Shown here: piece by piece, positions 1 through 9,710 of the stretch
How positions within the stretch are numbered: position 1 is the stretch's first letter
Layout: every line of letters starts with the position of its first letter
Assembly: GCF_947568905.1 (NCBI RefSeq)
Contig: NC_079164.1
Location: forward strand, 59,892,001-59,956,000
Reading direction: 5' to 3'
Source of the DNA: Ostrea edulis
Taxonomy: Eukaryota
Length of the DNA: 64,000 bases
The notes under the pieces: model-generated
What the model was told of the DNA's origin: nothing
What the model saw: the letters and a program-made list of their open reading frames with translations, nothing else
Database searches by the model: none
Made by a program: the position numbers and the translations under genes

Positions 1-143
1 CTACCTTATCAGCATCTGTCGTAGTTATACAAACTCCCTACCTTATCAGCATCTGTCGTAGTTTTACAAACTCCCTACCTTATCAGCATCTGTCGTAGTT
101 TTACAAACTCCCTACCTTATCAGCATCTGTCGTAGTTTTACAA
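1..143. repeat. 37-bp tandem repeat (about 4 copies visible, runs off the left edge) made of a septin exon 3' end plus its splice donor
   Basis: Unit ctaccttatcagcatctgtcgtagttttacaaactcc at 1, 38, 75 and 112. On the minus strand it reads TTTGTAAAACTACGACAGATGCTGATAAG|gtagggag. Confidence 0.95.
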
Positions 144-167
144 AATCACAGTGATCAGGATTCTCCA
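116..167 (-). CDS. SEPT5: SEPT4/5-like septin, internal exon (52 bp): (V)[16 protein letters not shown](S/R)
   Basis: Acceptor tttcag, donor AG|gtaggg, phase 1 to 2. Matches the septin-unique-element motif VENxxHCDFxKLRxML. Confidence 0.93.
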
Positions 168-343
168 CTGAAATCAGAGACAAGCATATATCTTAAAAAT
201 CTAGACATAAGTAAAAGATTGTATTATCCCATGAAAATTTTGACATAACTTAAATCATATCATCCCATGGAAATCCTACAGAAATCAAGACATAACTTAA
301 ATCCTTCTATCCCAAAATTTCAAAAAGAGACTGTAAATCTCAC

Positions 344-440
344 CTTCCACAATTCCCCATTGGTACATTCGACCTCTGACCCTTTTCCCTGCCACTTCAA
401 CAACAGTGTTGCTACCCACCACAGCAAATGGAATGGCTGC
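344..440 (-). CDS. SEPT5: SEPT4/5-like septin, internal exon (97 bp): [32 protein letters not shown](V)
   Basis: Acceptor atttcag, donor AAG|gtgaga, phase 0 to 1. Contains the septin PFAVVGS...RGRxYxWG motif. Confidence 0.95.
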
Positions 441-684
441 CTGAAATGTCACATCAAACTTGGTAGGATTTAATTTTTTTGTGGGAATCTATTGATTTAT
501 ATCTATTGAGTGATTCTTTATTGCTCTAGATGTATGTCGTTAATGGTTAGTCACTTTAACAAATTTGAAGAGACTTTAATATTTCTTTAATATTTTTAAA
601 TCTACTTCTGCTTATTAATCTGACCTATTTCAAAAGACTACCATTATAAAATGACCTTCACCTTTGACCCCTATTGATACTGAC

Positions 685-786
685 CTTTAATGCTTTATCC
701 TGCTGCTTGAATTCATCATCTTCATCACTATCACATTCCGGGAACTGGTAAATCTTAATCTCATTTTCATCTATTTGATCCAAAAT
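685..786 (-). CDS. SEPT5: SEPT4/5-like septin, internal exon (102 bp): [34 protein letters not shown]
   Basis: Acceptor cttgtag, donor AAG|gtcagt, phase 0 to 0. Same length as, and homologous to, the 102-bp exon at 61142-61243. Confidence 0.95.
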
Positions 787-834
787 CTACAAGTGTATTC
801 AAAATTCTAAAACATCTACATAGATATACATGTA

Positions 835-1550
835 CCATGTGCCTACAATTCATAACCTCAGGATGTGCCTACAATTCATAACCTCAGGATGTGCCTACAA
901 TTCATAACCTCAGGATGTGTCTACAATTCATAACCTCAGGATGTGCCTACAATTCATAACCTCAGGATGTGTCTACAATTCATAACCTCAGGATGTGTCT
1001 ACAATTCATAACCTCAGGATGTGTCTACAATTCATAACCTCAGGATGTGTCTACAATTCATGTCCACCGGATGTGTCTACAATTCATGTCCACCGGATGT
1101 GTCTACAATTCATGTCCATTGGATGTGTCTACAATTCATGTCCATTGGATGTGTCTACAATTCATGTCCATTGGATTTGTCTACAATTTATATCCACCGG
1201 ATGTGTCCACAATTCATGTCCACCGGATGTGTCTACAATTCATGTCCAATGGATGTGTCTACAATTCATGTTCACCGGATGTGTCTACAATTCATGTTCA
1301 CCGGATGTGTCTACAATTTATATCCACCGGATGTGTCCACAATTCATGTCCACCAGATGTGTCTACAATTCATGTCCCGGGATGTGTCTACAATTTCTGT
1401 CCACCAGATGTGTCTACAATTTCTGTCCACCGGATGTGTCTACAATTCATGTTCACCGAATGTGTCTACAATTCATGTCCACCGGATGTGTCTACAATTT
1501 ATGTTCACCGGATGTGTCTACAACTTATGTCCACCGGATGGGTGTGTCTA
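835..1550. repeat. 26-bp intronic minisatellite with two polarised unit variants
   Basis: ggatgtg(t/c)ctacaattcataacctca grades into ggatgtgtctacaattcatgtccacc. This array explains the three overlapping ORFs at 995-1591. Confidence 0.95.
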
Positions 1551-1951
1551 TGGTGGATAAAAGTTTGAATAGGAGCTGTAATTACATCTAGATTTCGAGA
1601 AAACTGTAATGTAATTGGTATACATCCATATATACAGGAAAGTGGGAAAAGAGATGATTCACCCAGGAAACAAATATTTGCTGCTATTCAAGCATTGAAT
1701 GATTTTTTTTTTTTTTTTTTTTACATCTGTTGTGCAAATATCAAGAAATGGTATGTAGACAAATCAAACATTTAACTTGATATGATAATGTCATGTGTGT
1801 GCACATGTTTCATGTTATTCACATAATAGATCGATGTAAAACAAGATGTATTTGCAAAACACTGATTTTCCCATATGGCAGCAAAGCTGATGATGGCCAA
1901 GGTTAACATTTTTCAAAACTGGGTCAAACTTTACGTCAAAGTCATAAAATA

Positions 1952-2604
1952 AACAAGAGGCCCATAGGCCACATTGCTCACCTGAGTCACCTTGGTCCAT
2001 ATTTAAAGATTATCCCAACATATTCGCATGCAAAACTTTGATCCTTATTGTGGCACCAACCTACCCCTGGGGGCAATGGTTTTTAACCAACTTGAATCTG
2101 CACCATGTCAAGAAGCTTTCCTGAAAATGAAAACTTTTCTGGCCCAGTGGTTCTTGAGAAGAAGATTTTTAAAGATTTACCCTATATATTTGTATGTAAA
2201 ACTTTGATCCCCTATTGTGGCCCCATCCTACCCTTGGGAGCCATGATCAAAAGAAACTTAAATCTTCTTTATACCAGGAAGCTTTCAGGTAAATCTCCAC
2301 TCTTATGGCCTAGTGGTTCTTGAAAAGAAGACTTTTAAAGAATTTCTCTATATATTCACATATAAACCTTTGATCCCCTATTGTGGCCCCACCCTACCCC
2401 TGGAGGTCATGATTTTAATAAACTTGAATCTTCACTATGTCAAGAAGCTTTCATGTAAATTTCAGCTTTTCTGGCTCAGTGGTTCTTGAGAACAAGATTT
2501 TTAAATAATCCCACCCTACTTTTGCATTTTTGTGATTATCTCCCTTTTGAAAGGGGTATGGTCCTTCATTTGAACAAACTTGAATACCCTTCACCCAAAA
2601 ATGA

Positions 2605-2636
<32 letters not shown>

Positions 2637-2766
2637 TGGTTCTGGAGAAGAAGTCGAAAGTATGAAAAGTTTACAGACAGACGGACAGATGGATGGGCAG
2701 TGCCAGATGACGGACCATGGGTGATCAGAAAAGCTCACTTGAACTTTCAGCTCAGGTGAGCGAAAA
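1952..2766. mobile_element. Non-autonomous Helitron/Helentron-type (HINE-like) element with 166-bp internal repeats
   Basis: Starts aacaagaggccc...gctcacctgag and ends ctcaggtgagc-aaaa (subterminal inverted repeat). Internal motif ttgatcc(c/t)tattgtgg recurs at 2040, 2206 and 2372 (period 166). Confidence 0.65.
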
Positions 2767-3804
2767 CTTTTAATACTCAAAGAAAGGTCTTGTCACAAGA
2801 AATACACATGTGAAATGTTCAAAAGTTATGGCGAAGGTTAAAGTTTTTGAAGGCATTAGACAGACCATAAACTGTAACTCTGATTACAGGGGCATATAAA
2901 ATCATTTGATGCTTATATTCATATGTTCTCCATAAAGTGATATGATATTTTAAAGTCTACCTCTTACTTGTATGGGAAACTGACAGAACAGTGGGAACTG
3001 GCTTACTTTACTTGGTAGCAGTTTTGACTGGTTATATTAAGTTCCCATTTTCGGGGGGGGGGGGGGGGGGGGGGGGGCAGAACAAGAATGCTCTCAGTAT
3101 CATCAATGTGATTTTATGGGGAATGTAAATATTGTAGTATTAACTTGGTTGATTGTTACAAATATAGAAAACAAAACAAAAAATCTGGACAAGTTTGTCC
3201 CCTCACTTACTCAAGAGTAATTGTATATTTAATGGTAAATGGGAGATATTTACATACACTTAGTTGTGACCCTGAATTCTTAAATCTGACCCTAGCCTGA
3301 TCATCTTTAGTCAACTTGAGATTTGATCCGCTGACCTCAATAAAGACGCTTTCTCTGATTCTTGATTGCAGTCATTCGATACCCTATGAATAAATATCCA
3401 TACTACAGCTATAGCATACAACTAGAGTATCAAAATCTATTGGGTTTTGTTGTATATGTATATATAAAATTCTTTATAACAATGGATGAAATTTGATCTG
3501 TTGAACTGTAGATCGCGGGTTTGAGACCAGGAGGGATTTTAAATTTGTTTCATATAACTTTATACTAAAATTGCATTTTTGACTATATAAAGTTTTGAAA
3601 GTTTTAGATTCTTAAAATATTGTTGTACATACATGTATCCTCCGCTTTTCATCCATATCAATTTCTCTGTGTTATCCCTCCTTAAATGTTATTAAAATGA
3701 ACCAAATACCATACTGATAATGAAGATTAGGGTGTTGAATACTGGTTTTGCCTTTGAATGTGCTTGACTCTTTTCAAAGGGGGTGCAAATGCACTAATTA
3801 TCAC

Positions 3805-5859
3805 TGCAAGTCTGCTAATCATGCATGTCCCAGTGTTACTACTAATCATGTATGTTCTAATGTTACTACTAATCATGTATGTTCCAGTGTTACTACTAAT
3901 CATGTATGTTCTAATGTTACTACTAATCATGTATGTTCCAGTGTTACTACTAATCATATATGTTCCAGTGTTATTGCTAATCATGTATGTTCCAGTGTTA
4001 CTACTAATCATGTATGTCCCAGTGTTACTACTAATCATGTATGTTCCAGTGTTACTGCTAATCATGTATGTTCCAGGTTACTGCTAATCATGTATGTTCC
4101 AGTGTTACTGCTAATCATGTATGTTCCAGTGTTACTGCTAATCATGTATGTTCCAGTGTTACTACTAATCATGTATGTTCCAGTGTTACTACTAATCATG
4201 CATGTTCCATGTTACTGCTAATCATGTATGTTCTAATGTTACTGCTAATCATGTATGTTCCAGTGTTACTACTAATCATGTATGTTCCAGTGTTACTACT
4301 AATCATGCATGTTCCAGTGTTACTACTAATCATGTATGTTCCATGTTACTGCTAATCATGTATGTTCCATGTTACTGCTAATCATGTATGTTCTAATGTT
4401 ACTGCTAATCATGTATGTTCCAGTGTTACTACTAATCATGTATGTTCCAGTGTTACTACTAATCATGCATGTTCCATGTGACTGCTAATCATGTATGTTC
4501 TAATGTTACTGCTAATCATGTATGTTCCAGTGTTACTACTAATCATGTATGTTCCAGTGTTACTACTAATCATGTATGTTCCAGTGTTACTACTAATCAT
4601 GTATGTCCCAGTGTTACTACTAATCATGTATGTCCCAGTGTTACTACTAATCATGTATGTTCCAGTGTTATTGCTTATCATGTATGTCCCAGTGTTATTG
4701 CTAATCATGTATGTCCCAGTGTTACTGCTAATCATGTATGTTCTAATGTTACTGCTAATCATGTATGTTCCAGTGTTACTGCTAATCATGTATGTCCCAG
4801 TGTTACTGCTAATCATGTATGTTCCAGTGTTACTGCTAATCATGTATGTTCTAATGTTACTGCTAATCATGTATGTTCCAGTGTTACTGCTAATCATGTA
4901 TGTCCCAGTGTTACTGCTAATCATGTATGTTCCAGTGTTACTACTAATCATGTATGTTCTAATGTTACTGCTAATCATGTATGTTCCAGTGTTACTACTA
5001 ATCATGCATGTTCCAGTGTTACTGCTAATCATGTATGTTCCAGTGTTACTGCTAATCATGTATGTTCCAGTGTTACTACTAATCATGCATGTTCCAGTGT
5101 TACTGCTAATCATGTATGTCCCAGTGTTACTGCTAATCATGTATGTTCCAGTGTTACTACTAATCATGTATGTTCTAATGTTACTGCTAATCATGTATGT
5201 TCCAGTGTTACTACTAATCATGCATGTTCCAGTGTTACTGCTAATCATGTATGTTCCAGTGTTACTGCTAATCATGTATGTTCCAGTGTTACTACTAATC
5301 ATGCATGTTCCAGTGTTACTGCTAATCATGTATGTCCCAGTGTTACTGCTAATCATGTATGTTCCAGTGTTACTACTAATCATGTATGTTCTAATGTTAC
5401 TACTAATCATGTATGTTCCAGTGTTACTGCTAATCATGTATGTCTCAGTGTTACTACTAATCATGTATGCCCCAGTGTTACTACTAATCATGTATGTTCT
5501 AATGTTACTACTAATCATGTATGTCCCAGTGTTACTACTAATCATGTATGCCCCAGTGTTACTACTAATCATATATGTTCTAATGTTACTGCTAATCATG
5601 CATGTCCCAGTGTTACTACTAATCATGTATGTTCCAGTGTTACTACTAATCATGTATGTTCCAGTGTTACTACTAATCATGTATGTCCCAGTGTTACTGC
5701 TAATCAAGCATGTTCCAGTGTTACTACTAATCATGTATGTTCCAGTGTTACTACTAATCATGTATGTTCCAGTGTTATTGCTTATCATGTATGTTCCAGT
5801 GTTATTGCTAATCATGTATGTCCCAGTGTTACTACTAATCATGTATGTTCCAGTGTTAC
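3805..5859. repeat. 27-bp minisatellite (about 75 copies) whose first unit begins exactly at the intron donor GT
   Basis: Unit ccagtgttactactaatcatgtatgtt. The minus strand reads ACCAAG|gtaacactggaacatacatgattagta. Source of the 459-511 aa repeat ORFs. Confidence 0.95.
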
Positions 5860-5977
5860 CTTGGTTTTGAGGCGTGCTTTTTCCTTTGGTGTCAAAGTGT
5901 CACACTTTGCAATAAGAGGTATAATATTGACTTTATGGTGCAGTTTCTTCATCATAAATATATCTATAGGCTTCAAC
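5860..5977 (-). CDS. SEPT5: SEPT4/5-like septin, G4-motif exon (118 bp): (G)[39 protein letters not shown]
   Basis: Acceptor gttttag, donor AAG|gtaaca, phase 2 to 0. Contains the G4 motif AKCD and the septin KVNIIP motif. Confidence 0.96.
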
Positions 5978-7310
5978 CTAAAACAGACAATTTACCTATC
6001 ATAAATATATCTATACTAGGCTCAACTTAAAATAGACAATTTTATGGAGCGCCAAATTAACATAAACTCAAATCATTGAAGATATCTTCAATTATTTGAA
6101 GATAGCATCAATTCATTTGATGCGCGCAACAATTTAATTAAAGATCTCTTCAAATAATTAATGATATCTTCAATTCTGAATTATTGCGTGCATTAAATGA
6201 ATTGATGATAGAATTAATTCTTCTGCTGAATTGATGCGCGCTTTAATAGAATTAATGATCTCTTCAAATTAATTAATGATATCAACAATTGAATTGATGT
6301 GCGCTACAATTCAATTGAAGAGAGCAATAATTAATATAATGCACGCATTAAATCAATTGATGAGAGCAATAATTGAATTGATGTGCGCATTAATTCATTT
6401 GATGAGAGCAATAATGGATTTAATGTGCACATTAATTCAATTATTGCTCTCTTCAATTGAATTAATGATATCTTTAATTCATTTGAAGAGAGCAATAATT
6501 CTTTTAGAGAGAGCAACTAAATAATTAAAGATATCTTCAATTCAACATATCCACAATTGAATTAATGATCTCTTTAATTGAATTGTTGCTCTCTTTAAAA
6601 GAATTGATGCGCGCATTAATTCCTTATACAAAAGCATTGTAAATAATTAAAGATATCTTCAATTGAATTAAAGAGATCATCAAATTATTTATACCGAGCT
6701 CTAAATCAATTATTGCGAGCAATATTTCTAGGAAATTAATGCTCTCATCAATTGAATTGAAGAGAGCAATAATTGAATTAATGCTCACATCAAATCTATT
6801 ATTGCTCTCATTAATTCAATTGATGCTCTCATCAATTGAATTGATGAGAGTAATAATTGAATTGAAGCACACATTAATTCATTTGATGAGAGCAATAATT
6901 GATTTAATGCGCGCATTAAATCAATTAAAGAGAGCAATAATTGAATTGATGATATCGATCTTCAAATAATTGAAGATATCTTCTATTATTTGAGTTTATG
7001 TTAATTTGGTGCTCCATACAATTTACCTATCATAAATATATCTATATAGACTCAACCTAAAACAGACAATTTACCTATCATAAATATATCTATATAGACT
7101 CAACCTAAAACAGGATTTACCTCTCATATAAATATCTATAGGCTTCAACCTAAATCAGATAATTTACCAGTATCATAAATATATCTATATATCTATAGGC
7201 TCAACCTAAAACAGATGATTTACCTATCATAAATATATCTATAAGCTTCAACCTACAGAGGATTTATGCAAAATTTATAGGCTTCAAACTAAAACAGAAA
7301 ACAACAAAAC
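5951..7310. repeat. 47-48-bp tandem repeat of the acceptor plus exon start (about 7-8 copies), split by a MITE
   Basis: atcataaatatatctat(at)aggc/ttcaacctaaaacagacaatttacct at 5951, 5998, 7029, 7077 and later degenerate copies to about 7310. Confidence 0.88.
6043..7018. mobile_element. Non-autonomous foldback DNA transposon, IS3EU-like
   Basis: TIR tatggagcgccaaattaacataaactcaaat / atttgagtttatgttaatttggtgctccata, with a 6-bp TSD caattt (6037-6042, 7019-7024). The interior is made of short inverted AT-rich repeats. Superfamily assigned from TAY..RTA termini plus 6-bp TSD. Confidence 0.8.
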
Positions 7311-7520
7311 TTTGCCTGCGAAGTCCTTGCAATACATGTACACAGAAAACAAAAGTTTGCAATTTGTGAAAATCCACCATAAATATGTGATGCAAAAAGG
7401 AAACTGCCAAACTAATGTGGAATGTTATAGTCCTTTGAAAAAGGAAAACCAGCATACATATGTATATTTGGAGAATGATACTAGGCCTAAATGCATGTAG
7501 CGATAGGCCTTGACTCAACT

Positions 7521-7702
7521 GCCCTGGATGTTTTTTTCTGTTGACACCTACCCATGTCCATATGGTGATACAAAGTACAGGCAGCAGTGAACCCGGCTGC
7601 CCTGGATGTTTTTTTCTGTTGACACCTACCCATGTCCATATGGTGATACAAAGTACAGGCAGCAGTGAACCCGGCTGTCCTGGATGTTTTTTCTGTTGAC
7701 AC
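7521..7702. repeat. 78-bp tandem duplication (about 2.3 copies) of the 3' half of a septin exon plus its donor
   Basis: ctggatg anchor (T position) at 7525, 7603 and 7681. The intronic copies have 7 T where the exon copy has 6. Confidence 0.95.
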
Positions 7703-7764
7703 CACTCTCAGCCTGGTAATATTGCTCAAATTGTCGGTCAACATAGTCAACGATCGGCTTCCAG
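7630..7764 (-). CDS. SEPT5: SEPT4/5-like septin, internal exon (135 bp): (S)[44 protein letters not shown](G)
   Basis: Acceptor tttgacag, donor GG|gtaggt, phase 2 to 2. Contains the septin sep1/sep2 motifs (ESGxNR, [10 protein letters not shown]). Confidence 0.96.
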
Positions 7765-8355
7765 CTGTCAAAAGTCAAGCAGGCATTATAACACCAACTT
7801 CACATACATTGCAAACAGGGTTGCTCGATCAATGTTATTTTTGCCAATCGCGTTGAAATACAATTTAACCATATTGCTCAAATCAACTTAAACCCTTTTT
7901 GTTACATTAGTGTAATGATTAATGTTTTATTTGTTCAGTTTCAAATTTGCTTCTTTAGAATAAGGGTGAAATGAGAGAAAATAAAATGGAGGGGGGGAGG
8001 GGGTGAATTTTTTTTTGTATACATGAGTATTGTGGATAGTGAGGAGACAGTAGATTTTATCATACTTGTGAATACACAATAGTTTGCCAGTAAATGTTGT
8101 CAAAAATTGACTCCATTTCTTGTGTTATGACTTACATTTTGAATCTTAATTTATCAGAAAAATCTGGATTAGCAGCTTGCAAATATATACATTTGATTTT
8201 TCACTTTGATAATATGGTAGGAAAGAAGAAAGCATATTACTGGATTGAAAATCGAACCCATATAATCCCTGCATTACTGGTCAGTGCACTGAGCTATTCA
8301 GGCTAATATCTTTACTCCATCAATTATACTACAATGAAATATACAGCTATCTTAC

Positions 8356-8479
8356 GATTCATCACCGTTCATCGCCTCACTGAAGCCGGGTGTGTCTACC
8401 ACAGACAAACGAACTTTGACCCCTTTCTCCTCAATGTCTAACTGCTTCTTCTCAATGTCTGTAGTCTGCTCAGCATTGT
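8356..8479 (-). CDS. SEPT5: SEPT4/5-like septin, switch I/G3 exon (124 bp): (D)NAEQTTDIEKKQLDIEEKGVKVRLSVVDTPGFSEAMNGDE(S)
   Basis: Acceptor cattatag, donor TC|gtaaga, phase 1 to 2. Contains the G3 motif DTPG. Confidence 0.96.
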
Positions 8480-8962
8480 CTATAATGTACAAAAATATCA
8501 TGTATTTTAAGAAAATATTGTATTAATCACCAGTGTTACTGGGAAGGCTAAAAAAAACTGCTTAAAACTGCTCTTATTCATAAGGAGTTTTTGAGAGCCT
8601 TCTGACTGGCTAACAGACTATGGAAGGCTAAGGAACTGCTAAAATACTGCTACTGAAGTAAAACTGGGAAGGTTTAATAACTGCTTAGAAACTGCCTTCC
8701 ACTTTGACATGGGGTGTTTGACATGGGGTGTTACTGTTTGGTGATCAGGCCTGGATTTCTAAAAGAAAAAAATGAAGTCAAAACTGGGATTTTACTCAAA
8801 TTTCGACTGCTCATATAAAAGAAACTCAAATTTGAGTTTGACGCTTTTTAAATAAATCCAAGCCTGGCTTAACATTATTAAGATAATCAGTTTGTGCTTT
8901 TTCTTCATCTTCATAATTAATCTAGGAGATTTCATATTCATATTTCATATTTCATATTTCAT

Positions 8963-9640
8963 ACCCAGGATGTGGTGTGGGAGTTTTCATATTCAAAATA
9001 GTTCATTTATAAAGAGGCATACATTTTGTTTCATATTGTGTGAATTAACGAAGTAAAAGAGGAATTTTCATCTGAGTTTACCCAGAATGTGGTGTGGAAG
9101 CTTACACAGAATGTGGTGAGGGAGTTTACCCAGGATCCCAGGATGTGGTGTGGGAGTTTACACAGGATGTGGTGTGGGAGTTTACAAAGGATGTGGTGTG
9201 GGAGTTTACCCAGGATGTGGTGTGGGAGTTTACAAAGGATGTGGTGTGGGAGTTTACCCAGGATGTGGTGTGGGAGTTTACAAAGGATGTGGTGTGGGAG
9301 TTTACACAGGATGTGGTGTGGGAGTTTACAAAGGATGTGGTGTGGGAGTTTACAAAGGATGTGGTGTGGGAGTTTACACAGGATGTGGTGTGGGAGTTTA
9401 CCCAGGATGTGGTGTGGGAGTTTACAAAGGATGTGGTGTGGGAGCTTACACAGGATGTGGTGTGAGAGCTTACCCAGGATGTGGTGTGGGAGTTTACCCA
9501 GGATGTGGTGTGGGAGTTTACCCAGGATGTGGTGTAGGAGTTTACACAGGATGTGGTGTGGGAGCTTACCCAGGATGTGGTGTGGGAGTTTACACAGGAT
9601 GTGGTGTGGGAGCTTACCCAGGATGTGGTGTGGGAGTTTC
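8963..9640. repeat. 24-bp minisatellite (about 21 good units, 2 degenerate units, 1 detached copy at 8963) overlapping the exon end and donor
   Basis: Unit ggatgtggtgtgggag(t/c)ttac(a/c)ca. The minus strand reads GGT AAG CTC CCA CAC CAC ATC CTG, in frame with the P-loop exon. Confidence 0.95.
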
Positions 9641-9707
9641 CTGTCTTTATACAGGTCAGTCAGAAACAAACTGTTGATGAGGGTCGATTTTCCAAGCCCA
9701 GTTTCTC
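9618..9707 (-). CDS. SEPT5: SEPT4/5-like septin, P-loop exon (90 bp): (G)ETGLGKSTLINSLFLTDLYKDRKLPHHIL(D)
   Basis: Acceptor ttttgcag, first donor TGG|gtaagc, phase 1 to 1. G1 motif GETGLGKS; LYKDRKL resembles vertebrate SEPT4/5. Confidence 0.95.
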
Positions 9708-9710
9708 CTG

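Noticed and set aside
1-143. Regularly spaced direct repeats resembling a CRISPR array (also 39570-42772 and 28815-31370)
   Set aside because: No unique spacers, no cas genes, and a eukaryotic intron context; these are head-to-tail minisatellites.
3053-3078. Long G runs (also 26180-26218) as G-quadruplex elements
   Set aside because: Simple homopolymer or microsatellite tracts with unreliable length in assemblies; no further evidence.
3727-3830. Unique tail SRLAVIISAFAPPLKRVKHIQRQNQYSTP* after the 27-bp array as an alternative terminal exon
   Set aside because: The nearby AGs give a stop within a few codons in the phase required by the upstream exon; no septin similarity.
995-6004. Long ORFs of 110-511 aa (MSTIHV..., MISSNTGTY..., TNHVCSSV..., VLLLIMYVP...)
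   Set aside because: They are translations of 26- and 27-bp minisatellites open in several frames at once, and lie in septin introns.
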